This document shows, one piece after another, positions 9,631-19,250 of a DNA stretch of 64,000 nucleotides; the first letter of the stretch is position 1, and every line of letters starts with the position of its first letter. Source of the stretch: a virus (taxonomy: Duplodnaviria > Caudoviricetes). Under the pieces are notes generated by a model, which was not told the DNA's origin, did no database searches, and was given only the letters and a program-made list of their open reading frames with translations. Location of the stretch: the IMG/VR virus record IMGVR_UViG_3300038530_002083, positions 1 to 64,000 of that record. The stretch is one strand, 5' to 3'. Both the position numbers and the translations under genes were made by a program.

Positions 9631-9811
9631 TTGTACACCTGTTAAAAAATATATAGAGAAGCATAAACTAAATATTGAGTTATTAGATATAGATAAGGAC
9701 ATGGACGAAGCCAGAAAAGCGGGAGTAAGGAGTATACCTGCACTCATATTAGAAGGTAAGGTTAGTCACATAGGGGCAGAGCAGATTATTAATTATTTGG
9801 AGGAGAAGTAA
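9599..9811 (+). CDS. glutaredoxin/thioredoxin (RNR reductant)
   Basis: WCVNC, VRSIP; near nrdAB. Confidence 0.85.
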   Translation: MKLATASWCVNCTPVKKYIEKHKLNIELLDIDKDMDEARKAGVRSIPALILEGKVSHIGAEQIINYLEEK

Positions 9812-10711
9812 TTGAGTAAACCGTCAGCAGAAGTTATTTGCCATAGCCAAGCTCCTAATGTAGAAGAGTTAATCACATTAGAGATTGAATTACATAGATT
9901 TGTACTCCCTGAATTTAACACTCATAGGGTATTTTCTAGGAATTTTCAATCAAGCAGGGCTGTACCCGTAGCTAAAATGATCGAACAAGTAAAAAATAAT
10001 CCTGCAATACCTGTTCACTGGGGTAAGAATCAAGCAGGTATGGTCGCAGAGGAACAACTTACAGATAAACAAGTAGAGGCAGTTAAACAAGGATGGGTTA
10101 GTGCAGCTAAAGAGGCAGCTAAATACGCGGAAGCTTTACAAGGATTAAATGCACATAAACAGATTACTAATCGTCTACTAGAACCTTTTATGTGGACAAA
10201 AGGTGTAGTGACAGCAACTCGTGAAGGTTTTGACAGTTTCTTTAAGCTTAGATTGCATAAAGATGCACAACCTGAGATACAAGCGCTAGCTAAAGCAATG
10301 TTTGAAGCTATTCAACGTAGTACACCAGTACAGTTAAAGTATGGGGAATACCACTTACCTTATGTGGATTGGAACAGAGATGCAGACGGACAGTATTTCC
10401 TTCAAGACGAGATTACTACTTTAGAAGAAGCGATTAAGGTGTCTACATCTTGTACAGGACAAGTAAGCTACCGTAAGTTAGACGACTCTTTAGAGAAAGC
10501 ATTGAAGATTTATGATATGTTAAATTTACCTGAAAATGGAATATTTAAAGAAGACCCTCCTCACTTTAGTCCTACAGAACACGTAGCTAAGGTAGTAGAA
10601 GACTACGAACATGATGAACACATGACAGGAAATTTTGTATCAGGGGTATTCTGGCAATATCGTAAAGCTTTAGAAGTAGGTAGTGAAGATAAATTTATGG
10701 AGACTAAATAA
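9812..10711 (+). CDS. thyX: flavin-dependent thymidylate synthase
   Basis: EFNTHRVFSRNFQSSRA, LRLHKDAQPEI, HFSPTEH. Confidence 0.9.
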   Translation: MSKPSAEVICHSQAPNVEELITLEIELHRFVLPEFNTHRVFSRNFQSSRAVPVAKMIEQVKNNPAIPVHWGKNQAGMVAEEQLTDKQVEAVKQGWVSAAKEAAKYAEALQGLNAHKQITNRLLEPFMWTKGVVTATREGFDSFFKLRLHKDAQPEIQALAKAMFEAIQRSTPVQLKYGEYHLPYVDWNRDADGQYFLQDEITTLEEAIKVSTSCTGQVSYRKLDDSLEKALKIYDMLNLPENGIFKEDPPHFSPTEHVAKVVEDYEHDEHMTGNFVSGVFWQYRKALEVGSEDKFMETK

Positions 10712-10712
10712 T

Positions 10713-11084
10713 ATGAGCATGATCGAACATCAACTAGAACAAATGGAACGTGAAGAGGCACAATGGGAAGTGAGTATTTATGATGTAGTACAAACTCAAG
10801 TGTATAAAGATTGGGCAGTAAATAATGTACGTGGTATGAAAACGGAAGTAGTAGAAAGTCTTATTAATGACCCTACTAACATCCATGCAGCGTTTGTACG
10901 CCCTCCTCGTGACATTATGGACAAAGCCTTGTCTATATGTGGGTTAGACTTACAAGAGAGCGTAGAACGTCAAGTATGTCCTCACAAGACGTTTTCAGGG
11001 GTAACTGTACAAGGAGAACGTTACGTAGGGAAACAACGAAAAGATAAAGCTTGGACTGATTATGTAAAACGTGTAGTGGGGTAA
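10713..11084 (+). CDS. hypothetical protein
   Basis: ATG at 10713 just after thyX stop. Confidence 0.6.
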   Translation: MSMIEHQLEQMEREEAQWEVSIYDVVQTQVYKDWAVNNVRGMKTEVVESLINDPTNIHAAFVRPPRDIMDKALSICGLDLQESVERQVCPHKTFSGVTVQGERYVGKQRKDKAWTDYVKRVVG

Positions 11085-12209
11085 TTGTTAGTGAGTGATA
11101 CGAATAATTTAGTAAAAGAATATTTGGGTACTATCATTGACTACAGCAGGGACAGAGATATAACAGAAGAGGGGTTAGCACTTCTTACTAAAAAAGGTTT
11201 TTACAAATTAGACCATGAAACCAGTCCTCAACAAGGGTTAGCACGAGCAGCTACGTGTTATTGTTTCGGGGATTATGATTTCGCACAGCGTATTTATGAT
11301 TATGCATCTAAAGGGTGGTTTACTTTCGCAGGTGCGCCTTTAATTAATGCTGTAGAGGTAGTATGGCCTGATTTCAATGAACATGAATTCTCTATGGCTT
11401 CTGATTGGTTAGAGGATAATGTTACTCCAAGAGGAATGCCTATAAATTGCTTCCTCTCTTATATCCCAGATACAAAAGAAGGGCTTGTAGATACAAGCTC
11501 TGAAACAAAATGGCTATCAATGCAAGGCGGTGGCATTGGTATCTATACAGGAATGCGTAGCCCTGATGAGAAATCTACAGGAGCATTAGCCCACTTAAAA
11601 GGATATGATGCAGACGCTCTAAGTTACAAACAGACTGAGGCTAAACGTGGTAGTATAGCAGCTTATATGGATATCGACCATCCTGAGATTCTATCGTTCT
11701 TATCGATGAGGAATCCTGTAGGAGGGGACTTCAATAAGAAATGTATGAACCTACATAATGCTGTTAATATTCCCGATAGCTTCATGGAAGCAGTCATAAC
11801 AGGGAAAAATTACGAGTTAATAGATCCTAAACATGGAGGTACAGGTAAGTTCCTGAATGCAGCTAGTGTGTTTGAAGAAATAATGGAAATGCGTTACGAG
11901 ACTGGCGAACCTTACATTATGTTTAAAGACAATGTAAATCGTCAGATTCCTAAGTGGATTACACACCCATTATATAACGTGACACAAAGTAACTTGTGTA
12001 GTGAGATCGTATTAAGAACTTCAGCAAAAAGAACTGCTGTATGTTGCCTATCTTCTGCTAACTTAGAGAAGTACGATGAATGGAAAGACACTAATATGAT
12101 TGCAGACCTTATTAGGTTACTGGATAATATATTAGAATACTTTATTCGTTTAGCCCCTAAACAGTTAAGTAGGGCGGTGTACTCTGCGGTTAAAGAAAGG
12201 GCGATCGGT
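11085..12209 (+). CDS. nrdA: ribonucleotide reductase class I alpha subunit, exon 1
   Basis: PINCF, GGGIG, SNLCSEI, CCLSSANL; ends ...RAIG at the 5' splice site. Confidence 0.92.
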
Positions 12210-13214
12210 TTATAATTTAAGCTGATGTAAAACTGTATTAATTGCTGGAATACCCTTAGAGCCTAGTAAACTACAACGTAGTTGGAAACAACAAGCGTGA
12301 ATGTTTGAAAATTACTAAGATTGGGCAATCAGCAGCGAAGCCTCTTTAACATGAGGAACGTTCAACGACTAGCCGAAAGGCGTACCTTCAAGTGAAGGGA
12401 AACATACAGCACTTATTAAGTGAAGATATAGTCTGGTCTATATGGAAACATATAGCGGAAATCTTATCCACCTTGTGATTATTAGAGGTGGTTTATGAAA
12501 AAATATTACATAGTGTATAAAGTTACTAATAAAATTAACGGAAAATTTTATATAGGCAGTCATCAGACTGTTAATATAGAGGACGGTTATTTAGGTAGCG
12601 GTAAATTAGTTAAATTAGCAATAAAGAAATATGGTAGAGAAAACTTTAATAAGTGTATTATTTGTAAATGTGTAGACCCAAAAGTGATGAGACAGGTAGA
12701 AACACATTTTGTTAGGTATCATATATTAAAGGATAAAAGAAAGTGTTACAATCGTTCCTTTAACGGAACAGGTGCTATGTTAGGAAAAGACAACGCATTC
12801 TTTGGTAAAACACATAGTGACGAATTTAAAGAGGTTCTTTCTCAAAAAGCTAAATTAAGAGTGAAAGACTTAAACCCTTTTTATGGTAAACGTCATAAAA
12901 TATCTACTATAAATAAGATAAAAGAGAATAGACCTAACACAGATAATTGTGTTAATATGCTAAATTACTATTTAGGTTTACAAAAAGGTTGGTGGTGTAC
13001 CCCAGTGGGTTGTTTTTATTCCTCTGGGTACGCAGCTAAGATATATGGTGTATCAAAAGCTACGATACAATCTAGATGTAATAATCCTGACAAGATTGTT
13101 AAACCTAATTACCAAATACCAGAGAAATACCACAATAAAACGTGGAAAGATAATGGATTTTACTATGTGGATAAGATTTCGGGGGCAGATTAACGACCTG
13201 TCTTGAACAATACG
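12210..13214 (+). mobile_element. group I intron in nrdA (1005 nt) carrying a GIY-YIG endonuclease
   Basis: Exon ends in U, IGS GCTGAT pairs ATCGGT; P AATTGCTGGAA, Q AATCAGCAG, R GTTCAACGACTA, S AAGATATAGTC; terminal G; splicing restores RAIG|LGTLGWH. Confidence 0.93.
12495..13193 (+). CDS. intron-encoded GIY-YIG homing endonuclease with NUMOD3-like repeats
   Basis: IVYKVTNKINGKFYIG, YLGSG, FFGKTHS, PFYGKRH. Confidence 0.9.
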   Translation: MKKYYIVYKVTNKINGKFYIGSHQTVNIEDGYLGSGKLVKLAIKKYGRENFNKCIICKCVDPKVMRQVETHFVRYHILKDKRKCYNRSFNGTGAMLGKDNAFFGKTHSDEFKEVLSQKAKLRVKDLNPFYGKRHKISTINKIKENRPNTDNCVNMLNYYLGLQKGWWCTPVGCFYSSGYAAKIYGVSKATIQSRCNNPDKIVKPNYQIPEKYHNKTWKDNGFYYVDKISGAD

Positions 13215-13943
13215 TTAGGTACATTAGGGTGGCATAGTTATTTACAAAGTAAGATGATTCCTTTTGAATCAGGGGGTTTTAACTCTGCTATACAACACAC
13301 TCACATTATTTACAAAGATATGTATAATAAGGGGGTAGCGGAGAGCCAAAGACTTGCTAAGTTACGCGGAGAACCTGAAGATTGTGTAGGTGGTGGCATG
13401 AGAAATTCTCATTTGTTTGCTATTGCCCCTAATGCAACCTCTTCTAAACGAGTAGGTACATCTCCTTCAATAGAGCCTTGGGCAGCTAACGCTTTTAATG
13501 CACAAGGACGAGCAGGTAGTTTCTTAATTAAGAATAAATACTTGGAGAGGTTACTAGAAGAGAAAGGTAAAAATACTAAAGAAGTATGGAAGAGTGTTAT
13601 TACCAACAAAGGGAGTGTCCAACATCTAGATTTCTTATCTCAACATGAGAAGAAGGTGTTTAAAACTTTCCAAGAGATTGACCAGATACATATTATAGAG
13701 CAAACAGCAGAACGTCAGGCTTACATTTGTCAAAGTCAGAGTCTAAACCTTAAAGGAAGTAAGACTATTACTAGACAGGAAATGGTTGACCTTCATGTAT
13801 ATGCTTGGCTTAAAGGTATTAAAACTATGTATTACTTTAGAGCGGAATCTCCGAACAAAGCTAGTTTAGGTAATAAGATTAATCCTTCTCCTAAGATTGA
13901 AGTACCTTTGGATGATTATAGTTGTATTGGATGTGAAGGATAA
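13215..13943 (+). CDS. nrdA: ribonucleotide reductase alpha subunit, exon 2 (spliced protein 617 aa)
   Basis: RNSHLFAIAPNATSS, SIEP, QSQSLN, KTMYY, C-terminal CIGC. Confidence 0.92.
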   Translation, partial: LGTLGWHSYLQSKMIPFESGGFNSAIQHTHIIYKDMYNKGVAESQRLAKLRGEPEDCVGGGMRNSHLFAIAPNATSSKRVGTSPSIEPWAANAFNAQGRAGSFLIKNKYLERLLEEKGKNTKEVWKSVITNKGSVQHLDFLSQHEKKVFKTFQEIDQIHIIEQTAERQAYICQSQSLNLKGSKTITRQEMVDLHVYAWLKGIKTMYYFRAESPNKASLGNKINPSPKIEVPLDDYSCIGCEG

Positions 13944-13946
13944 ATT

Positions 13947-14963
13947 ATGAGTATTTTTAAAGAAAACGAATCCTATAGACCTTTTACTTACCCTTGGGCA
14001 GTAGAGGCTGAAAAAGTTCATCGTATTGATATGAACTGGAATGAGAACCAAGTAGATTTAGCGGATGATCTACGACAATACAATAGTGAAGGGGGGTTAG
14101 CTACGGCTAACGTCTCCCATGCACAAAATAAGAACCTACTAAACAAAATGTTAATGTTGTTTACTGAGATGGACGCTCAAGTAGGGGCAGGTTATGCTAA
14201 ACTAATAGCTCACGTTAAAAATAATGAAATTCGAACCATGTGGTTAACCTTTGCTGCAAGAGAGGTTACACACCAAAGGTCTTATGCTTTAGCCGCAGAA
14301 ACTTTCGGTTTCAGTAATGCAGATTGGTCTGAGTTTAAAAAGTATAAGGAGATGCAAGATAAGCTAGATATTATTGCACAAGATGTAGGGGATTTATCTG
14401 TTCCTCTAAACTTCGCTAAGTATTTAGCTGTAGTGTTCTTAGCAGAAGGTATTACTTTGTTTGGTGCATTTGCTTGTCTTCTTAACTTTAAACGTTTTGG
14501 TTTGGTTATGAACTTCAATTCGATTAACGAATGGAGTCTACGTGATGAGGATGACCATGTTGATCGGAATATCTCTGTATTCAAAGAAGTACGGAAATAC
14601 TTAACAGAAGAAGAGAATCAAGAGTTAGATGAGTTTCTTGTTCAGTTAGTAAGTAAGTATGTCGAAGCAGAACATAGTTTCCTAGATATCGTATTTGAGA
14701 TGGGAGACCAAGAAGATTTAACAAAAGAGCAGGTTAAAGAGTTTATTAACTATTTAGGTTTACTCCGTTTACATCAACTTGATTTAGTGGAGGCAGAACA
14801 AGTAGGAGAGAATCCTCTAGAATGGATTGATTATATCCTTACGGCTACTACACACACAAATTTCTTTGAGAATAAGGTTACAGATTATAGCCATAACAAA
14901 TTAGAGGGTACAGTGGATTACTCGAAGTTCTTAAGTAAATTAGAAGATAGAAAATTAGCGTAA
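13947..14963 (+). CDS. nrdB: ribonucleotide reductase beta subunit
   Basis: FTEMD, REVTHQRSY, AEG..LFGAF, RDEDDH, NFFE..VTDY. Confidence 0.92.
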   Translation: MSIFKENESYRPFTYPWAVEAEKVHRIDMNWNENQVDLADDLRQYNSEGGLATANVSHAQNKNLLNKMLMLFTEMDAQVGAGYAKLIAHVKNNEIRTMWLTFAAREVTHQRSYALAAETFGFSNADWSEFKKYKEMQDKLDIIAQDVGDLSVPLNFAKYLAVVFLAEGITLFGAFACLLNFKRFGLVMNFNSINEWSLRDEDDHVDRNISVFKEVRKYLTEEENQELDEFLVQLVSKYVEAEHSFLDIVFEMGDQEDLTKEQVKEFINYLGLLRLHQLDLVEAEQVGENPLEWIDYILTATTHTNFFENKVTDYSHNKLEGTVDYSKFLSKLEDRKLA

Positions 14964-14967
14964 TAAT

Positions 14968-15006
14968 AAAGCCTTGCATCATTAATTTGGTGTAAGGCTT
15001 TTTTTT
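14968..15006 (+). terminator. intrinsic terminator
   Basis: AAAGCCTTGCATCA/TGGTGTAAGGCTTT plus T run. Confidence 0.85.
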
Positions 15007-15016
15007 AATAAAAGTG

Positions 15017-15045
15017 TTGACACTGGGTTGGTATCTACGTATACT
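15017..15045 (+). promoter_or_regulatory. sigma70-type promoter
   Basis: TTGACA-N17-TATACT. Confidence 0.85.
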
Positions 15046-15075
15046 GAAGTTGTTTTAATGAAGAGGAGAAACAAA

Positions 15076-17091
15076 ATGAAATTAGATTTTACAGTTCTAC
15101 AACAAGCGCTACTAGCACATTTCGATACTATGACAGATGGTGAGCTATTTTATGTAGAATTACCTGAACGTAACACATTAGTAGATGTATACCTAGGCAG
15201 CTTCCCTGAAGGTACAGACCCTATTTATAGAGAGCGTACAGTACATGATTGTAATTGCTGTCGTTCTTTCCTACGTCAATTTGGTAATATCGTAAAGATT
15301 AAAGAAGATGGAACTATCGTCTCCTTATGGGACTTTAAAGTAGAAGACCCCAACTACCAAGTGGTAGTAGATGTTATGTCAAAAGAAATTCATAAACATC
15401 CAATTACTAATGTATTTCGTGCGGATAAAGTACGTTGTGGTACAGAGCTTAATCACGAGCTAACAGATGAAGGTAAGACTATCCAACATGACCACTTCTT
15501 CTTAGATATGCCAGAACGTTATGTAATGTCAGAAGACCGTTATAGCTCTTATAAAGGAGAACGTTTAGCAGACCATCAAGTGCTTTCACGATCTCTTGTA
15601 GAGATTAATAAAGACGCTGTGGATATTGTATTAGATATCATTGATCAAGGTTCTCTCTACCGAGGTGAAGAACATAAGCATACGGTACAAATGTTAAAGC
15701 GTATGCTACAAGAGCTAGAAGATAAAAATTTAGATGTGGTATCTTTCTCTTGGCTTAAATCAGCAGAAATTGGTTCAGCAGGACGTATCCGTAATACAGT
15801 AATTGGTACACTTCTTGTAGATATTTCGGAAGGTAAAGATCTTGAACATGCAGTTAAGAGTTATGAAGATAAAGTAGCACCTCATAATTATAAACGGTCT
15901 AAGGCACTGGTTACTCAAAAAATGATTGATAAAGCACAAGCTACTATTAATGAGTTAGGTATTAACGCATCTTTCGCTAGACGTTTTGCTAAAGCAAGTG
16001 ATCTTAATATTAATAATGTTCTATTTGCAGACAGTAAAGTGCAGCCTGTTATGGAAGGTGGTGTGTTTGACGCAGTTAAACCTAGTAAGAGAGAAGCGAA
16101 AAAGATTAACTTAGATAAGGTGGAAGAGGTTACAATTAATGATTTCCTGAGTAAAATCTTACCTAAAGCGGATGCTATAGAGGTGATGGTCACAAATAAG
16201 CATAAGAATAACTTTGTAAGTGTTATTGCACCAGAAGATATTTCAGCGCCTAAGTTGTTTAAATGGGGTAATCCTTTCTCTTGGTCTTATAATGGAGAAG
16301 TTACCGATTCTATGAAGGAGCATGTTAAGGCAGCAGGGGGAAGTATAACAGGTGATCTACGTTTCTCTATTAAGTGGAACGATGAAGATTCTTGTAGCAG
16401 CGACCTAGATGCTCATTGTCATACCCCTGTAAGTCATATATATTTTTCAAGACTTAATGATGGCAAAGGAGGTGAGTTAGACGTTGACATAATACACCCT
16501 AAAGGGGTGGCAGTAGAGAATATTACATTTGAATCTCGTAGTAGAATGGTAGAGGGTGATTATAAGTTCTCTGTAAATAATTTCTCTAAACGTTCAGGTA
16601 GAAGCTCTTTTACTGCCCAGATCGAGTTTGATGGAGTTATCCATGACTATACTTATGATAAAGATTTGTCAGGAACAGTAGATGTTGCTACAGTGTCATT
16701 ACGTAATGGACAATTCTCTATTAAACAAGAGAACCTTAAATCATCACAAACTTCACAAGAAGTGTGGGGAGTTAACACTCTAGAGTGGACACCTGTAGAA
16801 ATGATTATGAATTCACCTAACCATTGGGACGGAGAAGAGACAGGAAATAAACATTACTTCTTTATTCTTAAGAATTGTATTAATCCTGATGACGCTAGAG
16901 GTTTTTATAATGAGTTCTTACTACCTGAGTTGAACGAGCATCGTAAGTCTTTTGAAGTTTTATCATCAAAACTTAAAGCTAAGACTTGCAATGAGCAACT
17001 TAGTGGTGTAGGATTTAGTTCTACTAAACGTAACGAGTTACTTGTTAAAGTGAGTGGGTCTTTCAACCGAGTAATTAAAGTTAAATTTTAA
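15076..17091 (+). CDS. large protein of unknown function (671 aa) with HDCNCC motif and YfaP/DUF2135-like segment
   Basis: GAGGAG RBS before ATG 15076; SDLDAHC..GGELDVD..AVENITF. Confidence 0.6.
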   Translation: MKLDFTVLQQALLAHFDTMTDGELFYVELPERNTLVDVYLGSFPEGTDPIYRERTVHDCNCCRSFLRQFGNIVKIKEDGTIVSLWDFKVEDPNYQVVVDVMSKEIHKHPITNVFRADKVRCGTELNHELTDEGKTIQHDHFFLDMPERYVMSEDRYSSYKGERLADHQVLSRSLVEINKDAVDIVLDIIDQGSLYRGEEHKHTVQMLKRMLQELEDKNLDVVSFSWLKSAEIGSAGRIRNTVIGTLLVDISEGKDLEHAVKSYEDKVAPHNYKRSKALVTQKMIDKAQATINELGINASFARRFAKASDLNINNVLFADSKVQPVMEGGVFDAVKPSKREAKKINLDKVEEVTINDFLSKILPKADAIEVMVTNKHKNNFVSVIAPEDISAPKLFKWGNPFSWSYNGEVTDSMKEHVKAAGGSITGDLRFSIKWNDEDSCSSDLDAHCHTPVSHIYFSRLNDGKGGELDVDIIHPKGVAVENITFESRSRMVEGDYKFSVNNFSKRSGRSSFTAQIEFDGVIHDYTYDKDLSGTVDVATVSLRNGQFSIKQENLKSSQTSQEVWGVNTLEWTPVEMIMNSPNHWDGEETGNKHYFFILKNCINPDDARGFYNEFLLPELNEHRKSFEVLSSKLKAKTCNEQLSGVGFSSTKRNELLVKVSGSFNRVIKVKF

Positions 17092-17105
17092 TAAGGAGAA
17101 ACATT

Positions 17106-17507
17106 ATGTCTAATTTATTTGAAAAAGCAGCACGAGGTAAATACCGTTTTAGTTCAGCTAAAGGTCTTCTTACTGTAGAGCAATTATATGACCTACCTCT
17201 TAAGTCAGGAACAGTTAATCTTAACCAGATTGCTATTGACTTAAACCGTGAAATTAAAGAGACGCAGGAAGAGTCTTTTGTAGATACTAAATCTACTGTA
17301 GACCAACAGTTAGTTGATAGACTGGAAATAGTAAAACATATTATCGCTACTATTAAACAGGAGCAAGAAGACGCAAATAAAGCACAAGAAGTTGCGAAGG
17401 AGCGTAACAAACTTATTGCTATCCTATCACGTAAGCAAGAAGCTAAACTAGAAGATATGGATGAGGAAAGCATTCTTAAACGTCTAGAAGAATTAAAAAC
17501 TAAGTAA
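17106..17507 (+). CDS. coiled-coil phage protein of unknown function
   Basis: FEKAAR.KYRF...G.LTVEQLYDLPL; AAGGAG RBS. Confidence 0.7.
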   Translation: MSNLFEKAARGKYRFSSAKGLLTVEQLYDLPLKSGTVNLNQIAIDLNREIKETQEESFVDTKSTVDQQLVDRLEIVKHIIATIKQEQEDANKAQEVAKERNKLIAILSRKQEAKLEDMDEESILKRLEELKTK

Positions 17508-17521
17508 ACATTAAAAACTAG

Positions 17522-17550
17522 TTGACAAGAGTAACCCTATAGATCATACT
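17522..17550 (+). promoter_or_regulatory. sigma70-type promoter overlapping a terminator
   Basis: TTGACA-N17-CATACT. Confidence 0.65.
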
Positions 17551-17569
17551 ACGGTCTATAGGGTTTTTT
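17533..17569 (+). terminator. intrinsic terminator
   Basis: AACCCTATAGATC/GGTCTATAGGGTT plus T run. Confidence 0.8.
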
Positions 17570-17595
17570 GTTATGTGTAATTTGAGGAGAGAATT

Positions 17596-17865
17596 ATGAT
17601 AAACTTTTATAAACAAAAAGTAGTAGACGTAGAGTACACTGTAAGTGTAGAGGACTTTGTATTAGAACATTTAGAAGAGGTACGTCCTTGGGGAGACGAG
17701 TATGACTTCTATGTACAAGACAGCGTTAACAGCGGGTACTTAAGCAGAGTAATGTCTTTGAAGAAGAAAGACTGCCCTATTGAGGATTTATCTTGTAATG
17801 ACTCTATCATTAAAGGTCTACGAACTTACTACGAAAATAAGCCCCCTAAGAAGCTCTCTCAGTAG
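17596..17865 (+). CDS. hypothetical protein
   Basis: GAGGAG RBS. Confidence 0.65.
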   Translation: MINFYKQKVVDVEYTVSVEDFVLEHLEEVRPWGDEYDFYVQDSVNSGYLSRVMSLKKKDCPIEDLSCNDSIIKGLRTYYENKPPKKLSQ

Positions 17866-17924
17866 AGTTCTCCATCGTATTACTAATTAAAGATATAGCC
17901 TTACAGAGGCTTACAGGAGGAATT

Positions 17925-18416
17925 ATGAGTAATTATTTAATAGGAACACTTGCATTGTTAGTGTTTGGGGCAATATTCGCGGTTTGTTACCTAGTAGACA
18001 AGAGAGATGAACAAAAAGTAGTAGAAGGTCGTTTAGATAAACTGGATGAAAAGGAAAAGTCACGTAAAGAAGAGAATAAACAAGTTAAACCTAGAATATC
18101 ACCTCCTGTACACTCTATGCTAGAGTTAATGATGAAACAGCCGGAGGGGTTTGAAAATACATGGGATTCATATTTTGAAGGAGATACATGGAAACATAAA
18201 AAATCTTCCACTTGTTTCACTAAATCCACTAATTGGTCGGGAGATATTGAATACTATTATATAAACCTGTGCAGTATAACTAATGAAGAAGGGGAGTATC
18301 TACAACAAGGTGTGTCTTTTATAGAGGCTTATAAAAAGTCTGTAAAAGAGAGTGCAAATAAGAAACACAGACACGAGGTAGACCTCAAGATAAGGGAAGT
18401 ATTAGAGGGATTATGA
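17925..18416 (+). CDS. membrane-anchored hypothetical protein
   Basis: N-terminal hydrophobic helix, AGGAGG RBS. Confidence 0.65.
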   Translation: MSNYLIGTLALLVFGAIFAVCYLVDKRDEQKVVEGRLDKLDEKEKSRKEENKQVKPRISPPVHSMLELMMKQPEGFENTWDSYFEGDTWKHKKSSTCFTKSTNWSGDIEYYYINLCSITNEEGEYLQQGVSFIEAYKKSVKESANKKHRHEVDLKIREVLEGL

Positions 18417-18595
18417 CAACATATAAACGTAAACTACGTAAAGAAGAAAAAGCCTCTATGAAAGCCTTGCTTAATGGAATCAAAGATGCTAAAGTAGACA
18501 CACTACGTAAGAAAAAGAATTTAACAAAGACTAAAGCTTATGTGCATACTATATTAAAGTATGAAGTGTTTAATACAACAGGAGAACAATTATGA
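18413..18595 (+). CDS. basic hypothetical protein
   Basis: ATGA-coupled ORF. Confidence 0.55.
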   Translation: MTTYKRKLRKEEKASMKALLNGIKDAKVDTLRKKKNLTKTKAYVHTILKYEVFNTTGEQL

Positions 18596-18957
18596 GTGAA
18601 CTTAATGAATTAGAAGATAAAGTTGTAGACATGGTGGTAGAGGTGTTGACTTGCAATAAATACTACTATTACATAAACTATCAGGAAAAAGAACTCTGTG
18701 TAAAGAATTGTAATTGGTCTGTTATACTGAGAATACATTTAAATGACTCTTGTGACGGATTAGATAACTCTGTATATTTATATGATCGAGAAGAAAAATC
18801 ATTACACCTTGAGAAGCCACACCCTCTTTTAGCAGATGTGGTTAAGGGGAAGTGTCAGCAGATTAAAAAAGAAAGAGAACGTAAGCTACTTGAAAATAAG
18901 GTAAGGTATCTAACTGAGTGGTCATCGTATTTAGAAAATGTAGGAGGTTTAAAATGA
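18592..18957 (+). CDS. hypothetical protein
   Basis: AGGAG RBS, coupled. Confidence 0.6.
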   Translation: MSELNELEDKVVDMVVEVLTCNKYYYYINYQEKELCVKNCNWSVILRIHLNDSCDGLDNSVYLYDREEKSLHLEKPHPLLADVVKGKCQQIKKERERKLLENKVRYLTEWSSYLENVGGLK

Positions 18958-19247
18958 AAGTGATTAGAGAGAAAACAATCTTACAAAAGATTGATGATGA
19001 GATTGATAAAAAGGGATTGCCTAAGATTGTAAGGATTGATTTAGATGAAGGAGAGTTTGAAGATTTCTTACTGTGTTTAGTTAATGAAAATATATGCACT
19101 ACATCTTGGTCTGAAATTGTAGGCATTAAACGAAAATACTTCTACGATGTAACCAAAAGTGAAGTAAGGTGTCGTAACGGTAAATGGTTAGGTTCTTACG
19201 TAGTGTATCGTGATGTATGTGTTCAATGTTGTTATGAGGAGGAATAG
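18954..19247 (+). CDS. hypothetical protein
   Basis: GGAGG RBS before ATG 18954. Confidence 0.6.
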   Translation: MKVIREKTILQKIDDEIDKKGLPKIVRIDLDEGEFEDFLLCLVNENICTTSWSEIVGIKRKYFYDVTKSEVRCRNGKWLGSYVVYRDVCVQCCYEEE

Positions 19248-19250
19248 AAT

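Noticed and set aside
15028-15075. Track starts at 15028, 57851, 13203 and 49580
   Set aside because: The first two overlap promoters (better RBS-backed starts at 15076 and 57914); the last two are artefacts of intron-split genes
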